Positions 1-13,770 of a stretch of 64,000 nucleotides of DNA are shown here, one piece after another. A program made the translations under genes and the position numbers. The notes beneath the pieces were generated by a model that ran no database searches, was not told where the DNA came from, and saw only the letters and a program-made list of their open reading frames with translations. Source of the stretch: Macrostomum lignano (lineage: Eukaryota); assembly GCA_002269645.1 (NCBI GenBank), contig NIVC01002373.1, forward strand, positions 75,674 to 139,673. The letters are read 5' to 3'. How positions within the stretch are numbered: the stretch's first letter is position 1; the number at the start of each line of letters is the position of its first letter.

Positions 1-325
1 ACCCGACGCCACAGAGAAACTGCTCCTGCTTTGTTTGCCAATGCACGAACGATAAACAGAAAGACTGGCTGAGTCTACAATTCGAATGAGTTCAACATTG
101 CAATGAACAAACTGGTCTTTGTTTGTGTCGTACAGCCAAGCCTTTGCTTAGGCTCAGTTAATGCATACAGTAGGGCAGAATTGCTTTAGTGTTGTAGAAG
201 ATAGATAAAAGCTCAAAGACAATTGATTGGGAGCACGCTAAAAATAGAGTAGTCACTTTTTAATGCAAATAATACGAATACAAGCAGCAGTTCTTTAGTA
301 CGGAATTTTACCCTGCACTACTCAC

Positions 326-3300
326 CTCGTTGTTTCCACCGCCCGCACTTTTCGCAATTGCATCCTCGACGAATTTGAGCGCATGCTGGCAGCCTCGGCG
401 GAACGAAGGCTCGAGCGGCTGAGACCGGGAAATCTGCTGCTGCAGCAGCGTGTCATACTGCCAGTGGGCGGCTCTGTGGACAGTTGTGCAGTCAGGTGTG
501 GTACATAGAGATGCGCCTGCCAAAGCAGGTGCGCAGCACAGCGCATCTAAGGGCTGTGTACGCCCGACCTTCAACCGAGACCGGCTCCACTACCTCGGGC
601 CCAACCCGTCCCTGGACTACGCTTCCCAGCCCGAGAATATCCACAGCTCATCCGGTTCCTCCGGGCCACCAAACGAGCATCCGTCTTCCCCCGGGGACCA
701 CGCCGCAGACAGGCCCGGCAGACCTCTGCCTAATTCTGCCCTAGCCAATGCGGGCTTCTCAAGGATTAGCGGAATGAGCGACGCTCACCTCCCCGCTGCA
801 AAGTCAGAACCGCCCTGCGACTAAGCCAAGTAAGTCAAGGGCTGTGTGTAGCTACCCTTTATTTCCACCAGCTTAGAGCTACTTCCCTATATCAGCAGGG
901 TAAACTAGAGGCCAGCTTCTTAATGTGCGACGCATTGGCCCGTTTAGCTGCGTACTAACAGCGACCTTTATGCTTATATTGAATATCTTGTAGCACAGAG
1001 AGCGAACACTCTGACCCACTGGGCTAGCGACAATATAGCTTAAAAGCTTAAGTACTAGTGACTCACTCGTCCAGCCAGAAGCTGCCATCGGAAGCAGGTC
1101 GCCCTGCATCGGAAACCACTGGGAGTCTCTTGCCACCGGGAGCAGCGGCAGCTCTCGCCCAGGAAGTCCGAAGCTGCGAGGTCATCGACAGCTGCTGGTC
1201 TTCACTCGTCAAGGCATCGTCAAGACGAGCGGCCCTGCTCAGTGCGGGGCGCAGGCAGTACCGGCTGCGACCCATGACCTTCGTCAGCCAGCCGGAGAGA
1301 TCAACGTTTTTCTGAGGACGACAGGGAAGAGTTGGAAACCAATTATTGTTACTCAGCTCACTCGTGCATGCTTGCTTTTGTTGATTTCACAATTAATTCT
1401 TCCCTCCCCTCTGTACCGCATTCGCTTATTTGAGCCCGTGGTTACAGATGCAATACGTATTGCATTAACTTACGTTACCACTTTTATATCATTAAGCAAA
1501 GCTGTTGGTTTTTCTTAAAAAAGTTCTGCCTAATTTGAACCAAACATTCATGCGTTATTTTTTCAGTTAAATTTACTAAAGATGTACGTCAAAAAATTTC
1601 ACAATAGGTTCTTTTATACTGATTATTTTATTGTTTATAGATGATTAAATGCTTTAATATATATTATTATAAACAACGACATTGCAGCATGAATTATAAA
1701 GGATTAATGCAGCCGTCTGACTCCTTGCCTGGATTGTTTCTCAGCTCATGAAAGCTGACAGTCGAGCTGTGTTTTGCGGCGATCATCTTCTTACAATCAT
1801 TTTTTTCATTTTCTCCTTTCTTAATGTACGCGCCCTTCAAACTCCTCCATTGTCAGCCACCCCAAAATCAATTTAATCAATAGAAAGTGTGTTAGTGCAG
1901 GGTTCGTGTTTTTTGTTACAGTTTTTAAGCCGCTGTGAGAGATCGCAACATGAGCCTGATTTACTAGCAAAAATGAATGACCGATTTTTGCAAAGTTTTT
2001 AGTTCCAACTCGTAGTGAAAACATCAATTTGTCACAGACATTTTCCAAAATCAACATAAAATAACTTGACCACTCAACTGCTTCCGGCCAGTGTTGGTTG
2101 AGCTCAGCGTCCCATACGGAGCGGCGCAGCGCCAAGGCCTTCAGCGGGACGCGTTGCACCCGGTGAATGATCCCGGGACTGCGTGACGTATGCGGCATGG
2201 TCTGTAAAAATGGACGTTCGATTCTTCGCTCACCATTTTATTGTATATTATTTTGCGGCTCTAAACGGAGTCCGGAGAATCTCTTTCCAAACCTGATCGT
2301 TCCAGGCGCTGGCGCAGAAGAGGTTCGGGTCCCTGTCCATGAGATGCAGCGTCCAGTTGAAGAACTGAATGGCGTCGCGGGTCAAAGCGATGCCGTCTTC
2401 CAGCAGAATGACAAACTTTGCTGACTGAAAGGGATTTTTGCAACGATGTCAGTCAGTCTGAGAGCAGCTCAGGAACTGTGCGCACAGTGCTCAGCACCGG
2501 TTATGATTGTATGGCTGACGCGGCTGTCTGCAACACAGCAGAGGCCTCACCGGGTAGAGCTGGAAAGTCTCGGTCAGGCTCAGACGGTAAAGGTCCGCGA
2601 GCGACACGGATACTGACCGTCGCTGCGAGCTCGGCAGCTGCAGCAGGTTGCAGACCAGCCGCGGCTCTTCGAAGAAGCCGCGCAGAAGGACGCGGATTTG
2701 TGAGGCGTTCACCGCCTCTGCTGAGAGTAGCGAGGCCAGAGCTCTGCGGGCAGGTAGGTGGTGCTCCATAGCTGGAGACTCGGAATTATTATGGGAGCAG
2801 CGTTCCACCTCACCTGAACAAAAACTGAGGTCGGTTGTCGCTCATCACAGTGATGGGCACTACCTCAGAAGCAATCCAGGGACTCTGTGGGCGGAGAGGT
2901 TACAAATCTTGTACGTACTGTATTGCGATCCACTCGTTATTTATCGAATTTTTGGTAGCGCGAACCGTCCTGCTTCTTTGCTTACCGGAGCGCTGCGGAA
3001 GCTGACTCGAGCCGGACTGTCGCAGGCGCACACGTTGCTGCTGAAGCCGTCGACGAGGCTGCAGAATCGTCGCCTACGGAGCGTCTCCTCGCCGGCCGGC
3101 CAGCCAGGGCAGAGCAAGTCTGAGGACGGGGATCAACCGGCCAGTCGTGTGGCGTTTTAGCTAAATGCTTCTTTATTGAAGACAGTTCACCCCTTTAAGT
3201 CTTCTGAAGTCTTAATTCAACCAAATTTCGCTTCTAAGTTTCAAAAGGCTTAAACTGTGATTTCCTACCAGTTTTACTGCATCATATAGCTTGCCCATAT

Positions 3301-4860
3301 ACGTACAATCTGTCTCTCTGAATCTGCCCGCTAAATCCGCTTTGAAATCGCTTTTTAATAAACTCAGTATCGCGCCTAATCTACCTCCGACAGAACCTGC
3401 TGGCTAATTGCTTTACCAGCTTCAGCCCAGCCTCACCGTCTTCTGCTGCCAGTCTGATGGCTGTCTCGACTTCAGTCAACTGCCCGACGCTTGGCGAAAG
3501 CTTCTCGATCAGGCGTCCGACTGAAAGAATGACATGTGCACAAAATTACATCGGGTCAAACCTGCATCATCACGCCAGGTTTTACTCACTTTTGGCTAGA
3601 GACACCATCGCCCAGGTCCAACCGGGTCTCAGTTTGTACAACAGGTGGCCTCCCTGGGCAGCCACCGCCGCACTACCGGGGTCCAGACCGCCGATCTGGT
3701 GGCTCCTCTGCAAGTAAGCCAGGAAGCAAGCTCCTCTTCTAGCTAATGTTGATCAATATGATGAAGATCAAGGTTGAAGAATTCGGTCTCACCGCAGTTG
3801 CCATGGCCAGAATCCGCCCAGAGACCACAGTATTTATCACTGCCGCGGCTTGCTCCAGGTCAGCGAAAATTCTGTGGCCCATGAGGGAAGCCTAAAGTTT
3901 TGCATGAAAGAGGAAAAATTCAGCTTTGCTCAAATTTGTTTAAATTCAAGGCTGCCCGCTACTACTACTCACAGTAGCCTGGTTGAGAATGAACAAGTGT
4001 AGACCGGGCCTCGTATCATTTACGAGCTGAAAATTATGCCAGATTTTCATACCAGACGATTTAAATAAACAAACAGAAAATAATTAAAAACGCCTAATGT
4101 TTACCAGATGTCGATTGTCGGACATAAAGACCCCTGATCCACTAAATCCACTGATCCACCATCCCGAGGTTCCCAGAGTTTCCGAAATCTTCGCTAAACA
4201 TCGCCAATCATGGGGACCAGAAAACCCAACTCCCTCAGACCCAGCCAGAAGCACCAACCAGCACCCCATCGACATTCAGCGCTGTGAAGCCGCCGCCAGT
4301 CCACAGTCGCAATCGAATGCGAGACCCCGTCGGTTGAGCCTCCTCCACCGGCGCCTCCGGTGGCAGCTGCCTGATTTGCCGAAACCTGCTCCCGACAATG
4401 CCTGAGTCGGGATTTTCCACAGACCCTGTGGGGATTTAAAATTTTAGCATTAATTAACTCAACATGTATGTGCTCAAGCATAAAAGCGTTCAAAATCAAG
4501 CCCCTAAAAAGTTTTATTCACTCATCCAAGGGACTTCGTCACCTCATTCGGATCCCTAACCAGCTTGATGCGGTCAAGCAAAATAATGATACTTGAGAAA
4601 AGAAGCAGGTACTCTGAGTTGAAATCTTCATTAAGCCATCGAAGAAGCTACTCCAAGCGACGTGCCTCGCTATCGGTGATGAGGTGGTTATTGCCGCCAC
4701 TCAAAGTTCCTTGCTCGTATTTGGACACCAAGGATTCAACATAATCAGCTTCCTCCAGCCTCATCAACAGCCTCGCTAATGCTGTCAGCGTCATCTCTCC
4801 CAGGCTCTCAGAGCGGCCAGAAGAGCACGGGAAGCCAGCGGACCATGAAATGGACATTCC
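326..4860 (-). CDS. POMGNT1: Multi-exon POMGnT1-like (GT13 family) gene, partial; 5' exons probably further right (~5.6-6.7 kb), 3' end unresolved
   Basis: GT-AG exons translated by hand match POMGnT1 in order: RIRLRLWTGGGFTALNVDG (~4250-4400), LVNDTRPGLHLFILNQAT (3973-4026), LLCPGW..RRRRFCSLVDGFSSNVCACDSP (~2990-3120), LASLLSAEAVNASQIRVLLRGFFEEP (~2660-2750), KFVILLEDG..DPNLFCASAWNDQ (2293-2420), HTSRSPGIIHRV..LRRSVWDAEL..HWP (~2070-2200), YDTLLQQQISRSQPL (326-477). Confidence 0.85.
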
Positions 4861-7246
4861 TCCACTTCCACTGCAGCCTCCGCTATCGATTTCGGCTGGC
4901 CCCGACCCACCTCACAGTTCGAGGAGGTCCGGAACTCGCTCCCTAGACTGGCCTCCCTGCCTCAGCACAGCTCGATCCCATCGTCTCTTATTCCCTTCGC
5001 ACTCGATGGCTCGACATCCCTGCGATTCCGACTCCGTAGGCTGGGATTTTATTCCCCTCCACCCCCGCAATCTCCGAGAGCAGCGGGGGACGGCCGCGCT
5101 GGAGAAACTAAAAAGTGAAGGCCGGGGTCGGCCGGGCCAGCAGCTCAGGTCCTCCGAGACCGAGCCCGAAAACCGGGCGCTCAAGTGAAGCTTCCGAGTT
5201 GGGGATGAAGGAGCGGCCCAGAATCAGGCAGCACTTTCCCTCCCCTCGTCTTCCCCCCGGTTGCTCCCCCGATTCCGGGGCGCTGCAAAAGTAAAAGTTG
5301 AGCTGGCTCGAAAATCGGCCCCAGCTTTGTGCACAGTTATATACTCGTATGCATGCATAATGCATTGGTCCAATTCACTGGACCAAACAAAGTATTTATA
5401 TTTATTCTGAATTGCTAGGCAGCCCGGACCAGAGCAGGGGATGAGCAGCCCAGTTTCGCCTCCTGGGAAAATGCAGCAACCAGCTAAAATTCTTCTAAAA
5501 TTAATTGCTTCCTCACCAATACATTGCACTCTCTTCTGTTTTGGCTTTAATTTCGATTTTCGATAACCTTTAGCTTGGACTCGAGCAGCAAGCCTCCTGC
5601 TGCATACGAGCGTAGATTCGGGTATTTTTATATAAATTGAGAAGAAAGTCTTGTTTATTTGAAGTGCGTCTTGACTATTTAATTTTTTCCATATTCTTAA
5701 CATATCGCTCGATGAACCAACCATTCTCAGGACCTGTGGCAGCAGCGGCGTCAACCTGTAGCTCTTACGCCTCCTGGGATATCGCGGGTGCACAAGGTCG
5801 TGTCGGAAGGCATCTCCAAGTTGATGTAATAATCCAAGGGGGAACACCAGACCACAAAAACACAGGCTAGTGTGCTCCTTGTGATGTTCGCACATTCATG
5901 CATCTCAACCTCCAGAGTTTGATATTGCTGAAAATACGCTCGTGTATAAAACTGCCTGCGATATTTTAACAGAGTCAACTATATTGGCGGGCGAAAAACT
6001 ATCCCTAACAGCATAAACGGATGCTCAATTGCTTAGATATATTTAGCTTGCACTAGCGCAGTGACAATGTGCCAGTAAGAGAGAAAGAGCGTGCATAGCT
6101 ATTGACTTTGTCAGCGATAGAAACAGAACGTGCAATGGGTTTTACGTATCGAAAAAGTTCACAACTTTACTACTGCCCAATAGAGCTACCAATAAAAGAC
6201 ATCGAGTCATCACAGTTTTTTCTGTATTTTCCCATATTTCTTCCGATTTCGCAGACTTTCCTGACCATCCTTTTGTAGAATGGAATCCGAATGGAACTGT
6301 CAGCTCAATTCTTCGTCTGAAAATTTTCTGCCTTTGAGATCCTCAGCAGAGCAAAGTCGAGCTGACAACTAGTAATTGGCTGCGCTCCAGAGCGCCCAGC
6401 GTCACGCAAATTTGCCCATAGATGCGGCCCAGACTCCGCCATCTCACGGGAGGGTCTCAACTCAGTGCTGTCAGCTTCAATCCGCAGTCAAAGCATGCAG
6501 CACTGAAACAGGGCTAGAAGAAAACTCATTGGGATGCGCATTTCCATGCTTTGCAGCTTGTAAGCTGCACAGGATCTGGTCTCGTGCTTGCTACTCGGAT
6601 AAGTTGAGTAACGCATTTAAATTACTTTGCCTTTGGTCCTTCGGGCGCGTCTTCATCCAGTGCAAATTCGAACTGCCTGTTCATTGCCTCTTCATCCTCT
6701 ACTTTTCAGTTGCCGCTTGCATGGGAAACTTACTGAGGTAACAGCTCCCATTCTCCTTCCCACTAGCTGAGCTTTCCTGCAGCAATTCTTCGCAGCTCTA
6801 CTGCAGCACAGCTAGCTGGCTCGAGCATCCATCAGCATCCCTCCTGCTTTACCGGCGGTTCCTTTTGGCCTTTTCGAATCAGTCAGGCCAACCCAGGATC
6901 AAAGTGAAGCGTTAAATCTCTCCAAAGCTGCGAGTTGTCTTCAATGGATGGATGTCTTTGCAGCATCCCAAAGTCTTCATCAGTTTGGCAGGCCTCTGTT
7001 CTGCTTGCCTGCTTCCAATTCTTTGCAAAGCAGTATACAGATTATGATTGACAGGTGAAATTTCGCCCTGCCAATTCATTGAGGAAGCAGAATTTGTCAT
7101 TAATAATTCATTCCAAACTTTTTGTATACGAGATTGCATGTAATGATTATTTGCTAATTTAAAACTTATCGAATCAAGCCACACATCTGAGTCAGAGTGG
7201 AAAATAGCATTTCTCGTTCGCCTTATCCAAATTAGCATCTGCTGTC

Positions 7247-7815
7247 TGATCCCCATACCTACTCTCCCCACCTCCCATCTGATCCCCATACCTACTCTCC
7301 CCACCTCCCATCTGATCCCCATACCTACTCTCCCCACCTCCCATCTGATCCCCATACCTACTCTCCCCACCTCCCATCTGATCCCCATACCTACTCTCCC
7401 CACCTCCCATCTGATCCCCATACCTACTCTCCCCACCTCCCATCTGATCCCCATACCTACTCTCCCCACCTCCCATCTGATCCCCATATACCTACTCTCC
7501 CCACCTCCCATCTGATCCCCATATACCTACTCTCCCCACCTCCCATCTGATCCCCATATACCTACTCTCCCCACCTCCCATCTGATCCCCATACCTACTC
7601 TCCCCACGTCTCATCTGAACTCATACCTACTCTCCCCACGTCTCATCTGAACTCATACCTACTCTCCCCACGTCTCATCTGAACTCATACCTACTCTCCC
7701 CACCTCCCATCTGATCCCCATACCTACTCTCCCCACCTCCCATCTGATCCCCATACCTACTCTCCCCACGTCTCATCTGAACTCATACCTACTCTCACCA
7801 CCTCCCATCTGATCC
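7247..7815. repeat. 33-bp minisatellite (CATCTGATCCCCATACCTACTCTCCCCACCTCC)
   Basis: Directly visible tandem array. Confidence 0.95.
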
Positions 7816-8291
7816 CACTCTCCCACATCACATCTAATCCCAGATCAACCTGATTTCCATACCCCTGTCTGATCTCGCACGGCTATCCTTATCCCCTGCC
7901 TACTCACTTTCATCCCGTATCTCCAGACAATTTCTGCATACGAAGTTCCCGCAGCCCCTCACAAGCTGTGATTTGGCCAATGCCTCGCCAGCTGAGCCCC
8001 CTGCCCGCTGAGTTCGAGCTCAGCTCAGCTCAGGCGATGCCCCAGCATCCTGAGAAAGCCACTCTGCTGAATTATTCACACTTCATTGGCAGGCCGCGGC
8101 TCCCCCCCCCCCGTCAACAGCCAGGCCGCCGAAAGCGAGTGTTGATTTCGTGTTCCCCCCTTCTCCGCTGCCCCTCAAGTGCATCGACGTCTCTGAGTCC
8201 AGAGGAGTCTTGAGACTGACAGGGAGGACAAACTAGCGAGAGTAGAAGCCACGAAGGCAGGCATGAGAATCATCTGCATTGGGGATTTCAG

Positions 8292-8878
8292 AGGAGTGTG
8301 TAGAGAGTGTGAGAGGGAGTGTGTAGAGAGTGTGAGAGGGAGTGTGTAGAGAGTGTGAGAGGGAGTGTGTAGAGAGTGTGAGAGAGTGTGTAGAGAATGT
8401 GAGAGGGAGTGTGTAGAGAGTGTGAGAGGGAGTGTGTAGAGAGTGAGAGGGAGTGTGTAGAGAGTGAGAGGGAGTGTGTAAAGATTGTGAGAGAGAGTGT
8501 GTAGAGAGTGTGAGAGGGAGTGTGTAGAGAGGGTGAGGGGAGTGTGTAGAGAGGGTGAGGGGAGTGTGTAGAGAGTGTGAGAGAGAGTGTGTAGAGAGGG
8601 TGAGAGGGAGTGTGTAGAGAGTGTGAGAGAGAGTGTGTAGAGAGGGTGAGGGGAGTGTGTAGAGAGGGTGAGAGGGAGTGTGTAGAGAGTGTGAGAGAGA
8701 GTGTGTAGAGAATGTGAGAGGGAGTGTGTAGAGAGTGTGAGAGGGAGTGTGTAGAGAGTGTGAGAGAGAGTGTGTAGGGAGTGTGAGAGGGAGTGTGTAG
8801 AGAGGGTGAGGGGAGTGTGTAGAGAGGGTGAGGGGAGTGTGTAGAGAGGGTGAGGGGAGTGTGTAGAGAGGGTGAGAG
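8292..8878. repeat. ~21-23-bp GA/GT-rich minisatellite (GAGTGTGTAGAGAGTGTGAGAGG)
   Basis: Directly visible tandem array. Confidence 0.95.
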
Positions 8879-10129
8879 TAGGGAAAATATGACATAACAA
8901 TGGTGCAAAGAATCCAGTGTTTCGGAAGTCAATTCTAAAGAGTTCGAAAGGAGATTAGCAATTTGAGTTTCATTGAAAATTATGGCTCTACAAAAGACCT
9001 GAAGCAATATGGAAAACTCCCCAGCTAAGATCCGGGCTGCTCCCTAACTCGAAAACCTGCTAGTATGAAGACTTGCTTTGTTGGTCAGCGCCAATCTCGA
9101 CAGGCTGGCCACGCCGAAACAGGAGCCTCTGCGACAGCAGAACCGCGGCAGCCAAAGCCAGGGTTAGCGCGACCTGCTGGTTAAGAATGGGAAGATTGAG
9201 ATCATTGAAAATGCTCTAACAACAACTTTGCATGATTCCGCCTCATTTAAATTCCCGCAGCTGATAGCTGCAGAATGCCTGCTATATAGTCATGGCTTGT
9301 TGGCCCGATTAAGGTTTTGTCATTAAGAGAGCGAATTGCATTGAAACTCTCGGGCACCGCTCTGTTCCCCACTCGAATACCCCTTCTGCATCCAAATGCG
9401 GAGCTATCTGCAAAATCTGCAGCCTTTGAGGCGGAACGGCAGGCTGAGACCCCGGCCAGTCTCCGCCCACAGCCTCTCCTCTGCTCTCCATCCTTGAAGA
9501 GCAGCTCAATGCAGCGGCAGGGCACCCTTCGCACACAAAAGCGGAGGAAGCAAGGGAGGTGGCTGCTCAGAATGCTCGGTGCAATAACGTATAGGTAAGA
9601 AGCCAGCGCTCGGCACTCCTGAGCTAGTGGGCCTGAGACAGAGAGGGACTGGAGAGGCTCTAAGGCTGATGAACTGTCTCCGGGCGGGTGATGAAGAATC
9701 CGCCGCCATCTGCTGGCGAAAATGGATGGGAGACAGCGAGCGGGAGACGCAAAGCAGAGTCACTCTCACTGTGCGGCTCTGCATTCACCCGCCTGACGGG
9801 AGACAAAGTGATTTATTGCTCTCGGCTGCAGCTCCGTGGCTGCAGATTCCTTTATCTAGGCCGGCCAGCACCATCCTTCAATGCAGCCCCTGCCGTGTGC
9901 TTGGGGAAGGGAAGCCTTATGATATCCTGCAACTGCACGAGCAACGAGAAGGGAGCTGGGCGCCAAAAAAGATAATGGCGCGCCGTGGCAATTGGCGCCA
10001 AAATGGAGTGGGGCATCGATTCCTCACAGGGATGCATGTGGGCGATATGTATGTAAGTATGGAGACAATATCCATCTGCACAATGCCTATTACAGACTGC
10101 AATTTTCAATTACACAATGGGAGAGTTCG

Positions 10130-10600
10130 TAGACAGTATACAGTATGCGGTACACAGTGTGCAGTACACAGTGTGCAGTACACAGTATGTAGTACACAGT
10201 GTGCAGTGCACAGTATGCAGTGCACAGTATGCAGTACACAGTATGTAGTACACAGTGTGCAGTGCACAGTATGCAGTGCGCAGTATGCAGTACACAGTAT
10301 GTAGTACACAGTGTGCAGTACACAGTGTGCAGTACACAGTGTGCAGTACACAGTGTGCAGTACACAGTATGTAGTACACAGTATACAGTACACAGAAAGC
10401 AGTGCACAGTATGCAGTGCACAGTATGCAGTACACAGTATGTAGTACACAGTGTGCAGTGCACAGTATGCAGTGCGCAGTATGCAGTACACAGTATGTAG
10501 TACACAGTGTGCAGTACACAGTGTGCAGTACACAGTGTGCAGTACACATTGTGCAGTACACAGTATACAGTTCATAGTATACAGTACATAGTATGCAGTA
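10130..10600. repeat. 14-bp minisatellite (CACAGTGTGCAGTA)
   Basis: Directly visible tandem array. Confidence 0.95.
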
Positions 10601-10639
10601 CACTTTACACTACAATTCCACAACACATAACTCACATCA

Positions 10640-10856
10640 CACTTTACAATTGCACTGCACACAGTAAAGCTTACAATTGCACTGCACACAGTAAAGCTTA
10701 CAATTGCACTGTACACAGTAAAGCTTACAATTGCACTGTACACAGTAAAGCTTACAATTGCACTGCACACAGTAAAGCTTACAATTGCACTGTACACAGT
10801 AAAGCTTACAATTGCACTGTACACAGTAAAGCTTACAATTGCACTGCACACAGTAC
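10640..10856. repeat. 27-bp minisatellite (TTACAATTGCACTGYACACAGTAAAGC)
   Basis: About 8 visible copies. Confidence 0.95.
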
Positions 10857-11334
10857 GAACGTACGCAGTAACACTTCCCAATTGCACAGCAATCCTACAC
10901 AGTGCATTGCGCAGTCTCACCTTCGGCAAAAGCCCCAGCTTGAGGCGGCGCAGACTTGGCATTGTCTGCTAATATTTTGTTGAATCCCTTCGACACGAAA
11001 TCAGAGCGCCAAGCTGAAAATGTTCCTTGACCTGTGCTCACCAGTGGGAAGTTGAGTATTAAATGCCTGGGCTTCTCAGCCTTGCACATAAATCTATAGA
11101 GAATGCGAAACCAACAGTGTTGAGTTCCCACAGCTCCATTCCCATTGGCCCCTCGGCGGATTCTCACTTTCAGCTGTAAATTGATATTTAATATTAATTC
11201 ACTAGGAGGAATTCGCACACACTACTTCAAGTAGCATTATGAGACTTGCGCGGTTTAAAAGCACAGACTACTTTAGCTTTTAGTAATAAATATATACGAG
11301 TAGATTTTGATGTTTTTAATAATGCAGTGAGACA

Positions 11335-11880
11335 CTGTGGCAGGGAGTGGCAGTGTGGCGGGGAGTGGCAGTGTGGCAGGGAGTGGCAGTGTGGCGGGGA
11401 GTGGCAGTGTGGCAGGGAGTGGCAGTGTGGCGGGAGTGGCAGTGTGGCGGGAGTGGCAGTGTGGCAGGGAGTGGCAGTGTGGCGGGGAGTGGCAGTGTGG
11501 CGGGGAGTGGCAGTGTGGCAGGGAGTGGCAGTGTGGCGGGGAGTGGCAGTGTGGCAGGGAGTGGCAGTGTGGCAGGGAGTGGCAGTGTGGCAGGGAGTGG
11601 CAGTGGGGCAGGGAGTGGCAGTGGTGCAGGGAGTGGCAGTGTGGCAGGGAGTGGCAGTGTGGCAGGGAGTGGCAGTGTGGCGGGGAGTGGCAGTGTGGCG
11701 GGGAGTGGCAGTGTGGCGGGGAGTGGCAGTGTGGCAGGGAGTGGCAGTGTGGCGGGAGTGGCAGTGTGGCGGGGAGTGGCAGTGTGGCAGGGAGTGGCAG
11801 TGTGGCGGGGAGTGGCAGTGTGGCAGGGAGTGGCAGTGTGGCAGGGAGTGGCAGTGTGGCGGGGAGTGGCAGTGGGGCAC
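11335..11880. repeat. 18-bp minisatellite (GGGAGTGGCAGTGTGGCR)
   Basis: Directly visible tandem array. Confidence 0.95.
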
Positions 11881-12329
11881 TGTAACATAGGAGAGTGCTC
11901 CATGAGCAGTGCGGAGCAACTGTCAGTGAATAGGAGTTGCGCACCGACTAATTATAGCCGGTTGCTCTCAGGCTGCGCAATCGCGGAGGTACGGCCGGCG
12001 AGTGAGCTCTGAGCAGATGCTGTTAGTGAGCGTTATCGCTATCTGAAGCCTGCGGATAGAAATAGGACTCACCTGTGAGGCCTGTGAGCAATGTCTGACC
12101 AGCGAGATGCGCATTAGCTCAGCTCGGATATCGGAGCAATTTATGCTTACCTACTGATAAGAGATGGAGTTGGCGGTTTCGCACTGAATTTAGTTATTAT
12201 ATTATAAGTAATCATAGTTGATGCTCATTGTTTCGTTATCTGGTATTGGGCCTCGGATATTCAGGTAGCAGTCAGCCCAAGGTGAGGCGAAGTTGACTGC
12301 AGGATAAGCAGAGATGGGGTGGACGGGAT

Positions 12330-13770
12330 GGAAGGATAGAAGTTGACAAATTGAGGAATGTAGGATGAGATTGAATGATGGAAGTTGCGAAATGGCGGGA
12401 TGGAGGGTGAGATGGAATGATGAATGTTGAGAATCGGCGGGATGGGGGTGAGATGGAAGGATGGATGTTGAGAAATGGAGGGATGGGGGTGAGATGGATG
12501 TTGCGAAATGGCGGGATGGGGGTGAGATGGAAGGATGAATGTTGAGAAATGGCGGGATGAATGGTGAGATGGAAGGATGGAAGTTGAGAAATGGCGGGAT
12601 GAAGGGTGAGATGGAATGATGAATGTTGAGAAATGGCGAGATGGAGGGTGAGATGGAATGATGAATGTTGAGAATCGGCGGGATGAAGGGTGAGATGGAA
12701 TGATGAATGTTGAGAAATGGCGAGATGGAGGGTGAGATGGAATGATGAATGTTGAGAATCGGCGGGATGAAGGGTGAGATGGAATGATGAATGTTGAGAA
12801 ATGGCGAGATGGAGGGTGAGATGGAATGATGAATGTTGAGAATCGGCGGGATGGGGTGAGATGGAAGGATGGAAGTTGAGAAATGGAGGGATGGAGGGTG
12901 AGATGGAATGATGAATGTTGAGAAATGGCGGGATGGGGGTGAGATGGAAGGATGGATGTTGAGAAATGGAGGGATGGGGGTGAGATGGAAGGATGGATGT
13001 TGAGAAATGGAGGGATGGGGGTGAGATGGAAGGATGGATGTTGAGAAATGGCGGGATGGAGGGTGAGATGGAATGATGAATGTTGAGAAATGGCGGGATG
13101 GGGGTGAGATGGAAGGATGGATGTTGAGAAATAGCGGGATGGAGGGTGAGATGGAATGATGAATGTTGAGAAATGGCGAGATGGAGGGTGAGATGGAAGG
13201 ATGGATGTTGAGAAATGGCGGGATGGAGGGTGAGATGGAAGGATGGATGTTGAGAAATGGCGGGATGGAGGGTGAGATGGATGTTGCGAAATAGCGGGAT
13301 GTAGGGTGAGATGGATGTTGCGAAATGGCGGGATGTAGGGTGAGATGGATGTTGCGAAATGGCGGGATGTAGGGTGAGATGGATGTTGCGAAATGGCGGG
13401 ATGTAGGGTGAGATGGATGTTGCGAAATGGCGGGATGTAGGGTGAGATGGATGTTGCGAAATGGCGGGATGTAGGGTGAGATGGATGTTGCGAAATGGCG
13501 GGATGGAGGGTGAGATGGAAGGATGGAAGTTGAGAAATAGCGGGATGAAGGGTGAGATGGAAGGATGGAAGTTGAGAAATGGCGGGATGGAGGGTGAGAT
13601 GGATGTTGCGAAATGGCGGGATGGAGGGTGAGATGGAAGGATGTATGTTGAGAAATAGCGAGATGGAGGGTGAGATGGAAGTTGAGAAATGGTGGGATGG
13701 AGGTTGAGATGGATTTTGCGAAATGGCGGGATGGAGGGTGAGATGGAAGTTGAGAAATGGCGGGATGCTG
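12330..13770. repeat. Compound ~33-42-bp purine-rich minisatellite (GTTGAGAAATGGCGGGATGGAGGGTGAGATGGAAGGATGGAT)
   Basis: Directly visible tandem array with length variants. Confidence 0.95.

Noticed and set aside
326-477. Helix resembling the OAS/nucleotidyltransferase N-terminus
   Set aside because: Better explained as a C-terminal-region exon of the POMGnT1-like gene.
9247-10000. Possible exons with splice-like ends (also 13.8-15.2 kb and 29.0-29.5 kb)
   Set aside because: Frame and product could not be established from sequence alone.
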